Below are positions 45,901 through 54,300 of a stretch of DNA of 64,000 bases, in pieces (position 1 is the stretch's first letter; each line of letters starts with the position of its first letter). The stretch covers positions 9,114,001 to 9,178,000 of the forward strand of contig JAWMAR010000061.1 in NCBI GenBank assembly GCA_036785375.1, given 5' to 3'. A model generated the notes under the pieces. It ran no database searches and was not told the origin of the DNA. It saw nothing but the letters and a program-made list of their open reading frames with translations. Origin of the DNA: Leucoraja ocellata. Lineage: Eukaryota. A program made the position numbers and the translations under genes.

Positions 45901-48655
45901 CAGAAAATTTGTTTCAAAAGTTCATAAGGTCTTTGTTACATAGAGGGAAACAAAATAAGCTGCATTCTGTAGTAGAACCAGAGACAAAAGATCACGTGAG
46001 AGTTTAAAGCATTGTGGAAGAAGAACTGAATTGTAGGGTGGTCAAAAAATGTTTTTGGCATAGTGACCTTCATCAGTCAGGATATTGAGTGTAGGAGTTG
46101 GGAGGTCATGCTGCAGTTATATAAGATAGTGGTGAGACCACAGTATTGTGTCCAGTTTTGAAGTATGTTTGAATCTGAGAGAGATAAATGTTAGTAGTCA
46201 GACAAGTGAATACTTGCAGATGTACCATACCTGGTTTTCCATGGAAATTCTTGTCTCCATCCACATTCAAAAGTTTATGTGAAGGAAGGAGATCCTTATT
46301 TGCTCTATAATCAAGCTGCAAAATAAAAAACACAGATTTAAGTGAAGTGAATTTCATGATTCACTGAATAAAACCACAAACATCTATAATGTAGAATAGA
46401 ATTTTGTCATTATTGTCATCTGTGCCAAGGGGCAGTGGAATAACATTTGTTTTGTGTGCTATCCAGGTCAATCATACTGTACATGAGTACGTTGTGCAAG
46501 AGAGGAAAAGGAAAAAAATGCAGCATATATAGTGTTCCAGCTACAATGAAAGTGCAGATAAAACAAGCGCAAGGGTGCAACAAGGTAGATTGGGAGATTG
46601 GGCGTTTGACAAGTCCGTTCATGAGTCTGATGGCAGCAAGAAAGAAGCTGTTTTTGAATCTGATGGTACATGTGTTCAAGATTATGTATCTTCTACCTGA
46701 CAGGACAGGGGAGAATAGAGAATGAGCAGGGTTGAAGAGAGAAGAAATTTTTAAAAGTATTTCACATATTTGGTCCAATGACATTCAAAACGCATTTTGA
46801 TTCTAAAGTCAATTCTTGGCACAATTATCATTAATTAGAAAAGAAGAAAACAACATTTTTTGTCGCAAGTAAAACCAATATTTTTTCAGTGTAATTTCTA
46901 TCAATCATTGACACTTTTTACCTGCTGCTTCTGAGATAAACGATCTCCGACAGCTGAAGCCTGCACAGTTAACTGAAGACTGCAAGTATTAATCTGCAAA
47001 CAAAATAATTAAGTTATAATACCTGTAATACACTGTACCTTGTACTAATAAAATACTATGTGATCAGAAGCCTAATTTTCACCACATCATTGTCAACACT
47101 AAACCATTAGAGGGCAGACTCATAACATTGCCAACTCTTTTGGTTTAAATAAATAATGTCATGTCTCAAAAAAAACACTGTTTTGTCACAATATGGAAAA
47201 ATATTGTATTGCAAAAATTGTCACAGTCAAATTGCCACAGAATTGGCTCTCCTCACCAAGACTTACTCCACCAACAAATGCAGAGATCACACCTGAAGTA
47301 CTCTGGGCAGTCCTAACAACTGCACTTGAGGAAGAATGTACAGACCTCAGTGGGACTGCAATGATAACTGAGTGCCAGTGTTAGGGTGCACGTGGAAGGG
47401 CAGAGGCAACATTTAGAGAGCTATGTTCCAACAGATGTCAGATAGAAGGACAGGATGGGTTTCAAGGCTGCGTGCCAAATGCAGATAAATGTGACTAGCC
47501 CAGGGTCATGAACAAAGTGGGCCGAAAGACCATTTTCAATACTGTATAACTCTATGACTCTAAGTCACAAGTTACTAACTAGGAATTGATATGCCAGCCA
47601 CTTTTCTTTGTAAAATGAACAGGTGCTTGCAACCCTTTTTCTACCCTCCATGTAAATCCTATGCAATTTTCTGGGTGTTAGAAGGCAGTTATTAATGAAT
47701 AACAGTTTGATAGCGCTGTCAGAGGTGTAAAAACAAATTGAACCCAAAATTACCAGAACAGAAAACTGAATTGTGGAAATATTACAATGGCTATTATGAG
47801 TGTTTTAAATGATGAATTCGACATTAGGTACGGAAGACTGTAATCTCGTTGTCAAAAGATGAGGAAAGGTTCTTTGTTAAGTAAAGCCCCAATGTGGCAG
47901 GCGGCCTCATTCAAACTCTTCCTTCCTTTGTAGCTGAGGGAGGAAGGAAGGAGATTTGAGGATGGATTCAAATGAAAACGAGAGCAGCTCAGAAATTGAC
48001 AGGAAATATGATGTTGACTGAATTAGAGGATATTGGCTAGGAGAGGTTGCACAAATTTGTATTCTTTTCTCTGGAGCGCCAAAGGTTTCCCCCGGGCAGT
48101 GACCCTGTGCCCTCGGAGTGACCCTTCACCCCCGGAGAGTGACCCCGTGCCCTCGGTGTGACCCTTCACCACCGGACAGTGACCTTCACCCCCGGACAGT
48201 GACCCCGTGCCCTCGGAGTGACCCTTCACCCCGGACAGTGACCCAGTGTCCCCGGACAGTGACCCCGCACCCCCGGACAGAGACCCTTCACCCCCGGACA
48301 GTGACCCTTCACCCCGGATAGCGACCCCGCGCCCCCGGACAGAGACCCTTCAGCCCCGGACAGTGACCCTTCACCCTGGACAGCGACCCCGCGCCCCCGG
48401 ACAGCGTCCCTTCAGCCCCGGACAGTGACCCTTCACCCCAGACAGTGACCCCGCGCCCCCGGACAGAGACCCTTCAGCCCAGGACAGTGACCCCTCACCC
48501 CCGGACAGTGACCCGGTAGCCGAGACCTGATACACGCGGCTCGCCGGTCGGAACCGCACACACACAAAGGGCGAGGCGTGGGTTGGGTTTCCATGGATAC
48601 TCACAGCACCAACCGGGTTTCCGAGCAGCCTCGCCCGATACTTGCCGGGCAGCAT
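21732..48655 (-). CDS. LRRC49: Leucine-rich repeat-containing protein 49 (centriolar satellite / tubulin polyglutamylase complex subunit), 17 exons, 2247 nt, 748 aa
   Basis: MLPGKYR start; LRRs LRLLNFQHNLIT, LDLYNNQIEEISGL, LRVLNLAGN; LRRcap LDGNPIAQESWYK; C-terminal LWPQIFIELVRD. All 16 introns are GT-AG and the summed length is divisible by 3. Confidence 0.95.
22420..23540 (-). mobile_element. CR1-type LINE, 5'-truncated, RT domain to 3' tail, frameshifted
   Basis: PHGWLLRK...VTSRVPRGSVLGPLLF...KFAADTKIGG; LYKALVMPYLEYCEQFWAPYLRKD. Confidence 0.9.
24036..24186 (-). CDS. LRRC49: LRRC49 exon 16
   Basis: KKQLIFVLEGKGKKAG...GESIGRAILNYSNRDATSQQFK. Confidence 0.92.
24578..24729 (+). mobile_element. 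3' end of Rex1/Babar-type LINE with (CTTGA)n tail
   Basis: Near-identical to 28865-29006; ends aataaacttgacttgacttgacttga. Confidence 0.85.
25095..25204 (-). CDS. LRRC49: LRRC49 exon 15
   Basis: VTPMDVVMSERLFGILARVAASHIPQPRLLSLLGEI. Confidence 0.95.
25398..25600. repeat. Triple tandem (~60-bp) duplication of one arm of the palindromic Penelope-derived repeat
   Basis: agtctagagtaactcag...ggcagcatctctggtgaacatggat x3; the opposite arm is similarly triplicated at ~37600-37790. Confidence 0.85.
25827..26046 (-). mobile_element. Full-length tRNA-derived CORE-type SINE with L2-type 3' end and (TTA)n tail
   Basis: Minus strand: A box TGGCGCAATGG, B box GGTTCGAATCC, core GTTGTGTCCTTGGGGCAAGAC, tail GTGAAGCACTTTG...GTGCTATATAAATA. 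Confidence 0.85.
26055..26140. repeat. Short 15-bp tandem repeat GATGTTGGGCCCCTT x3 with GGAGCCAATG x2
   Basis: Visible directly. Confidence 0.8.
26161..26346 (-). CDS. LRRC49: LRRC49 exon 14
   Basis: HFKFQDTNLHKLQQFNALAQ...WKYYVLFRLSHFGLQKINGAE. Confidence 0.95.
26542..26779 (-). CDS. LRRC49: LRRC49 exon 13
   Basis: LQGLSIAESHLAELERDTLHLYGLGALESLERSW...IKFPNIL. Confidence 0.95.
28250..29006 (+). mobile_element. 5'-truncated Rex1/Babar-type LINE (RT C-terminus, DUF1891-like) with 3' UTR and (CTTGA)n tail
   Basis: Open ORF KELIMDFRR...FKYLGVHISEDMTW...KARQRLYHLRQLRKF...HP...FQLLRSGKRLR...SYFPEAIR. Confidence 0.9.
29135..29310 (-). CDS. LRRC49: LRRC49 exon 12
   Basis: EKRRLAISNAARQWEMQQ...WPRES. 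Confidence 0.88.
30190..31110 (+). mobile_element. CR1 LINE fragment with a nested palindromic element (30459-30774), itself interrupted by a CR1 tail (30568-30650)
   Basis: CR1 ORF2 C-terminal DNA resumes after 30775; near-TSD atagaaatttaga/atagaaaattaga; ~46-bp internal duplication at ~30935-31026. Confidence 0.8.
31552..31635 (-). CDS. LRRC49: LRRC49 exon 11
   Basis: EEERRMASVMARKEDDKKREIHKQAILK. Confidence 0.95.
32443..32590 (-). CDS. LRRC49: LRRC49 exon 10
   Basis: FENIACLADSVSLSEVTLDGNPIAQESWYKQTLLRHMVQLRQLDMKKIT. Confidence 0.95.
33587..33724 (+). mobile_element. Short (~135 bp) non-autonomous retroposon with AAG-rich tail and 11-bp TSD
   Basis: TSD GAACCTGTTCC at 33576-33586 and 33725-33735; second copy at 43377-43503. 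Confidence 0.8.
34830..34891 (-). CDS. LRRC49: LRRC49 exon 9
   Basis: RDADSLPCLQRFFLSFNNIS. Confidence 0.93.
35790..36510 (+). mobile_element. CR1-type LINE 3' fragment with a Penelope-end insert (~35905-36005)
   Basis: VKKANGIVAFI translation; ttctggtcgctccattacagaaggga; CR1 tail. Confidence 0.8.
37990..38165 (-). mobile_element. Degenerate V-SINE (HE1-like)
   Basis: Minus strand tggcacagctggtgg head and gggggttttctctgggtgcaccaggtttcaccccaca V-domain. Confidence 0.6.
38804..38947 (-). CDS. LRRC49: LRRC49 exon 8
   Basis: ISRIENINHLTELRVLNLAGN...LTELNLRRNHIESV. Confidence 0.95.
41256..41322 (-). CDS. LRRC49: LRRC49 exon 7
   Basis: IKNISNLENLTDLDVLDLHANQ. Confidence 0.95.
42361..42564 (-). 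CDS. LRRC49: LRRC49 exon 6
   Basis: RNLTVCPILEGEQQLRLLNFQHNLITQIQ...LRVLMLGKNR. Confidence 0.95.
43377..43503 (+). mobile_element. Second copy of the ~135-bp retroposon with (AAG)n tail and 10-bp TSD
   Basis: TSD GATGAAATAG at 43367-43376 and 43504-43513. Confidence 0.8.
43600..44125 (+). mobile_element. CR1-type LINE 3' fragment
   Basis: ttctggtcatcccaatacaggaaagatgaggaggctttgaagagggtgcagaggaggtttacc...gtgggccaaaggg tail. Confidence 0.8.
44151..44256 (-). CDS. LRRC49: LRRC49 exon 5
   Basis: GDNVIFSELPSTPGIPVVYRTPEQRAEYADRLNLDR. Confidence 0.9.
45343..45510 (-). CDS. LRRC49: LRRC49 exon 4 (168-nt symmetric, possibly alternative)
   Basis: EITCHDDPLRHYSELSLKETAGDMPSQSPS...PYLP; phase 1-1, open frame, ttcacag| and |gtattt. 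Confidence 0.65.
46231..46315 (-). CDS. LRRC49: LRRC49 exon 3
   Basis: LDYRANKDLLPSHKLLNVDGDKNFHGKP; |gtatgg. Confidence 0.8.
46922..46993 (-). CDS. LRRC49: LRRC49 exon 2
   Basis: INTCSLQLTVQASAVGDRLSQKQQ; ttgcag| and |gtaaaa; phase 0-0. Confidence 0.75.
48098..48513. repeat. GC-rich minisatellite, 18-21-bp unit (CAGTGACCCTTCACCCCCGGA variants) in LRRC49 intron 1
   Basis: About 20 tandem variant copies. Confidence 0.92.
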
Positions 48656-48930
48656 CTCCCGTCCCGGACCGTCCGCTCCCGTCCCGCACCGTCCGCTCCC
48701 GCTCCCCACTCCCACTGCGGCCGCCGGCGCCGTGCTCACCCACCCCCTGGCTCCCTAGCAACCGCTACTTCCGCTATTCGCCGTGTCCGCGCTTCATGTT
48801 CCCCAGCGCCCCGCAGGCCGCGACTCCCGGCCCGGTCCGGGTGCAGCACATTGTGAAGGGGAGCTTTCTGAAAGCACAAAGTAGGGCGGTGGTTCTGCGC
48901 TAACGCAATCCTTGCGCTCCCCGTAAACCT
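48520..48930 (-). promoter_or_regulatory. CpG-island promoter of LRRC49 with RFX X-boxes and an ETS site
   Basis: GTTTCCATGGATAC 48587-48600; CCCTAGCAAC ~48753-48762; ACTTCCG ~48767. Confidence 0.7.
48605..48655 (-). CDS. LRRC49: LRRC49 exon 1
   Basis: MLPGKYRARLLGNPVGA (human begins MIPGKYR); |gtgagt. Confidence 0.88.
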
Positions 48931-49164
48931 CGCCTTATAGAAACAATTAGATGAGGAACGAGGGAGCTTCAGGCTTTCAATTACAGCTTTTCACACGGAA
49001 TCCGCAATTTTTTATTGTAGCTCTTAAGTTTATTTTTGTTACTGCAAAATAAAGTATACTAAAGGTTGTATGCTAAACACGAATTGCCGGAGGAACTCAG
49101 CGAGTCGGGCAGCATCTCGGGCAGGGTCGGACAAGGAGATTCACAAAATCACGCCATCAAAATC

Positions 49165-49345
49165 AAAGGCAAGGCAAGGCAACTTTATTTATATAGCACA
49201 TTTCATACACGAGGCAGACTCAAAGTGCTTCACATAAAAACATGTCATACAATAAAATGAAATAATAAAATGAAATAAAATAGAAGAATTAAAAGAAAAG
49301 AAAAGCAAAATTAAAAATGCATTTTAAAAAGTGCAAAAGTTAAAA
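49165..49345 (-). mobile_element. L2-type LINE 3' end with (CCTTG)n tail
   Basis: aaggcaaggcaaggcaactttatttatatagcacatt...caaagtgcttcacata; same terminal stem-loop motif as the SINE at 25827. Confidence 0.7.
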
Positions 49346-50138
49346 GCAAAAGACCTTTGATCAAAATCTACCGTCATCCCAGAGCAACGACTGCCATGAA
49401 ACAAGACAAAATAACAAAATAATAGTGTGGATGAAGAATGGCTGGTGAATAGGCATACGATACGTGGATGGCAGGATTGAGGAATGGTGTGCCACTGACT
49501 GGTACAGGGACTTTGACATTTTATAATCAGATCAATGATTCGGATGCAGTCACTGAAGATATGGTTGTTAAATTTGCTGATGATACAGAAATAGATAAAG
49601 TACCATACAGAAATAAAGTACCATACCAAGTACCATCGGAAGGGGTTATGGGGATATAGCAGGAGAATGGGGTTGAGAGGAAGAGATAGATCAGCCATGA
49701 TTGAATGGCAGAGTAGGCTTGATGGACCGAATGGTCTAATTATGCTCCTATCACTTATGGACTTATGAAGGAAAGTAAATTTTGGAGAGGACACGAGGAA
49801 GCAATGAAACGAATGTGTGGGCAAAGCTCTGGCAAATATGTGCGTAGTTCTGGTCACCCACACATCTGGAAGGATATGATTGCGCTGCAGATGTACCGAG
49901 GAGATTGACCAGGATTTGAGGACTTTAGTTACGAGAAAAGATTGGATAAGCTATTTTCCTTGAAGTGAAGGAGGCCGAGTGTGAGCTGACAGAAGCACAT
50001 AATATTTTGAGAGGCGGAGAATATAAAGTCAAACTTCCAATGGTAGGCAAAGGTTTAAGGTGAATGTAAGGAGTTTTAAATAAGATCTGAGGGCGGACTG
50101 TTGAGGACCCCAGTGGTTGATATCTGGAACGTGCTGCC

Positions 50139-50180
50139 CAAAGATCCTATAGCAATAGGATCTTTTCTATAGGATCTTTG
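50139..50180. mobile_element. 42-bp TIR-only hAT-like insertion with 8-bp TSD
   Basis: GTGCTGCC-CAAAGATCCTATAG...CTATAGGATCTTTG-GTGCTGCC. Confidence 0.8.
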
Positions 50181-50264
50181 GTGCTGCCAGAGATCTGCTG
50201 GAATCAGCTACAAGAATAACATTTAAGAGGCATTTAGACACTCTTCCTCTCCAATGAGACCGGG

Positions 50265-50885
50265 GCGGGGATGGGCTAGGGGTTTGGCGTTGGGCTGGGC
50301 CAGGGTTGGGTTTGATGGGGCTGGGCTGAGATGGGAGGGTTGGGCTGAAGGATCTTTGGGCTGAATGGGGCTAGGGGTTGGACTGGATGAGGCTGGGGGT
50401 TGGATGGGGCTGGGCCGGGTTGATTGGACTAGGGCTGGGGGTTGGGCTGAATGGGGGTTGGGCTAGGGCTGGGCCAGGGTTGGGTTTGGTGGGGTGGGGC
50501 TGGGCCGGGTTGATTGGGGCTGGGCCAGGGTTGGGTTTGATGGGGCTGGGGGTTGGACTGGATGGGGTTGGGGGTTGGATGGGGCTGGGCCGGGTTGATT
50601 GGGCTAGGGCCAGGGTTGGGTTTGATGTGACTGGGGGTTGGTCTGGATGAGGCTGGGCCGGGTTGATTGGGGCTGGGGGTTGGGCTAGGGCTGAATGGGG
50701 TTGGGCTAGGGCTGGGCCAGGGTTGGGTTTGATGGGGTTGGGCTGGGGGCCGGGCCGGGCTGGGCCGGGTTGATTGGGGCTGGGGGTTGGGCTGAATGGG
50801 GTTGGGCTAGGGCTAGGGCTGGGCCAGGCCAGGGTTGGGTTTGATGGGGTTGGGCTGGGGGCCGGGCCGGGCCGGGTTGATTGGG
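50265..50885. repeat. G-rich complex tandem repeat (GGGCT/GGGTT/GGGCTA units) upstream of LARP6
   Basis: Dense G3-G5 runs separated by 1-4 nt; generates spurious Pro- and Gly-rich ORFs. Confidence 0.9.
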
Positions 50886-51142
50886 AGGCGGGCTGTTGAT
50901 AAGCGGCCGATGGTGGCAACCAGGTTCCGCCGCCTCCCATGTACAACCTGCAGGACGCGCTGCTGCGTTGGGCCGCCTTCCTGGCGCCCCCGGCACTCCG
51001 GGAATCCCTGGCGCCCGCCCGGGACCACAGGCTCCGCCCGCCGGCTCGTAGGCCCGGCCTACCCCTACCCCCGGCCCCGCCCTGCGCTCCTCCTCCGGCC
51101 CAGGCTCGGCCTCGGGGCGGGGGCCCGTGCTCGCCGCTGACC

Positions 51143-51315
51143 ATGGAGGGGGGAACGCTCGGCGACACCGGGGCGACAGTGCCGGCCGGGGAGGCCGCGC
51201 CGCTTGTCCGCATCCAAGTGGCGGCGGCCGAGGAGGAGCCGGTGGCGCGGCCGGAGGGCGGCAGCGTGGGCAGCGGCACGGATGAAGAGGCGGCTCCCGG
51301 GCCCGGGATAAACAG
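51143..51315 (+). CDS. LARP6: LARP6 exon 1 (start codon uncertain: 51143 or 50939)
   Basis: ACCATGG Kozak; VRIQVAAAEEE resembles human VQIRVAIQEAE; AG|gtaccg. Confidence 0.75.
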
Positions 51316-54300
51316 GTACCGAGGCCGCGGGGAGATGGAGAGGGAGGGGGGGAGGCGGCGGCCGGGGAGATGGAGGCGGGGGTCGGAGCTTCGTTAATCC
51401 GCTCCCTGTCTGTTACAGCGGTACTGAAGATGATCTGGCGGCGGAGTGGGCGCCACCGGACAGTGAGCTGGTACAGAAACTTGTTGCCCAGATTGAATAT
51501 TATCTGTCTGATAACTACCTGGAAAACGATGCATTTCTACTAAAGCACGTGAGAAGAAATAAGATGGGCTATGTCAGTGTTAAACTGCTGACTTCTTTCA
51601 AAAAGGTAACATTAATATTATTGCGTAAGAATGAACTGCAGATGCTGGTTTAAACCGAAGGTAGACACAAAAAGCTGGAGTAACTCAGCGGGACAGGCAG
51701 CATCTCTGGAGAGAAGGAATGGGTGACGTTTCGGGTCGAGACCCTTCTTTAATATTATTGCCACGCTTTGCCCTGCCCTCCTCTCTTCCAGCCCCCCCCC
51801 CAACAGTCCCGACTGGAAATGTTACCCATCCATGATGACAGAGATGTTGTCTGTCTTGCGGAGTTACTCCAGTACGTTATCTTTTTGTTGTAAACCAACA
51901 CTTTGAGTGTCTTGTGTTGTAGCTTGCATGGTGGCGGTGGCTAATTTGAAGCTTTAGACTAACACCAATAAGTTAGTAGAATGGATCCCTCACTGACTTA
52001 ATCTCCTTGCTGGGTTGCTCAAAGTCAGATGATGGGGAATTATTACATAGATAAAGAACGTTGAAGTCCCAATCATCTACTTTCAACTATAGTTGATTAT
52101 TGTGGTATAGTACTTGCATTTCAAAACTAATAATCCACCCATCTGCTAATACCCCCCTCGTGTGTATTCACTTATTACTTGTCGTGCTTTCTCCCCCATC
52201 TCCATCGGTCTGAGGAAGGGTCTGTCCAGAAATGTCACCTGTCCATTCCCTCACCAGGTGCTGCCCGATCTGCTGAGTTAATCCAACACTGTTTTGCTAG
52301 TACCCCTGTATGTATTCAATGAATGAATAATGCCACTGGCATTTAAGGAAGAATTTGGAAAGATCAAATCCCATCTGGTTCATGAATGTCCTCAGGAAGG
52401 AAATGAACTCTCCTTGCCCTGAACTAGCCCCATAGACTAACTATTGTGTTCCATTGCAATGGCCCAGCAAACCATTTAATGTTATCACTACCATGTATTC
52501 GAACAGAATAACGCCAGTCATTTCACCCAACAGCCACATAGGCACCTAGTTTGACACGCATCCAAATCATTCACATCCAACACTAAACGAGGTGAGATCG
52601 AGCAATGAAGATAGAGGGTCAAGATGATACAAACAATCTGGGTGCGTGGGCAAGAACATGGCAGATGGAATATAATGTGCGGTCGCCATTTTAATGCTCA
52701 GACTGGAGAAAGTTTTAAATTGTAAGAAACTGGGCAGTGTGGATGTTCAAAGAGACTGAAGTTTGCTCTTGCACAAGTAACTGAACATCGAGCCGGTACA
52801 GCGAGTCATTCAAAAGGAATGTAGTACAGTATTTGGAGAATTTGAATGCAGAAAAAATCAGTTCAGTTCTATACGTTCTTGGTGACTCCATATTTACTAG
52901 TTTTTGTCTCGCCTAAGAATGAAAATAGTTGCCATAGTGAAAGTCTAGTGAAGGTTCACTAGACTATTCCAAAAGTGGGATGTTTGCCGTAGAATAGGGT
53001 GAGTGGATTATAATCTCAAATTTACAATAATGAGAGCAGATCTAAACAAAATAGTTAAAGGGCTTGTGGGCTTGACATTAGACGGCTTAGGAGTCTGAGA
53101 TCGGGAACACAGTTTCTCACAAAAGTACACCTTAAAGGATAGTGAATTAGTGGAATTCTCTTCCCTCAAGCTATATTCTTTCCAATGACAATGATTGATT
53201 TCTGGACTGAGGGATGTGGATTGTAAAGTGAAGCTGAGGAAGGTGATCAGCCTCGATCTTGATAATGCAGGACAGGCTCAGTGGGATAGCCTACATTAGT
53301 TAACAGATAGAGTATGGAAAGAGGCCTTGCATTAGGTCTCCGCCCATCCCTGTGCACCCACATCCCTCCCAGCTTTATATTTCTTTCTTATTATCTGACC
53401 TTCACCTCCAGCCTTTGTAATTTATTCCACTCATCTGCCCATCAAACCTCTCGTCTGTATCCACCGTAGACAAAAATGCTGGAGAAACTCAGCGGGTGAG
53501 GTAGCATCTATGGAGCGAAGGAAATGGGTGACGTTTCGGGTCAAGACCCTTCAGGCTGATATGAGGATGGGGGGGGGGGTGGGGGGGAGAAGAAGAAAGG
53601 AAGGGGCGGAGACAGTGGGCTGGGGGAGAGCTGGGAAGGGAAGGAGAACGCAGGGACTACCTGAAATTGGAGAAGTCAATGTTCATACTGCTGGGGTGTA
53701 AATTGCCCAAGCAAAATATGAGGTGCTGCTCCTCCAAATTACGGTGGGCCTCACTCTGGCCATGGAGGAAGCCCAGAACAGAAAGGTTGGATTCGGAATG
53801 GGAAGGGGAGTTGAAGTGCTGAGTCAACGGGAGATCAGGTTGGTTATTGTGAACAGAGCGGAGGTCTGTTTCCACCTATCACTTACAATGCCTTGCCCCC
53901 TCCCCCATCTCTCTTTATCAACATTCTCAACCCTCCTTCAATCTAAATAAGGGTCCCAGCCGAAGCATCGTCTATCTATTCCCTCAGCAATGGTTTAACT
54001 GCTTTGATATTTCATTACTATAATTAAGTGAATCGTCCAGGTGTTCATTCCTGTTGAATAGGCATAGATAAAACAGAATCTTTTGTTCTAGGTAAAACAC
54101 CTCACTCGTGACTGGCAAACAACTGCCTTTGCTCTGAAGTACTCTGACCTTTTGGAACTAAATGATGAAGGGAAAAAAGTGAGACGGAAGACAGTCGTTC
54201 CAGTTTTCCCCAGTGAGCATCTTCCAAGTCAGATACTGCTGGTATATGATATGCTTCTGTGTCCAGAACTCCAGGTTTTAAATGATAATCTAGAATGTGA

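Noticed and set aside
48656-50938. THAP10 expected near LRRC49/LARP6 from human synteny
   Set aside because: No THAP C2CH-type ORF seen; the interval is CR1/L2 debris and repeats
50371-51279. 302-aa minus-strand Pro-rich ORF
   Set aside because: Antisense of GC-rich LARP6 exon 1 running into the G-rich repeat
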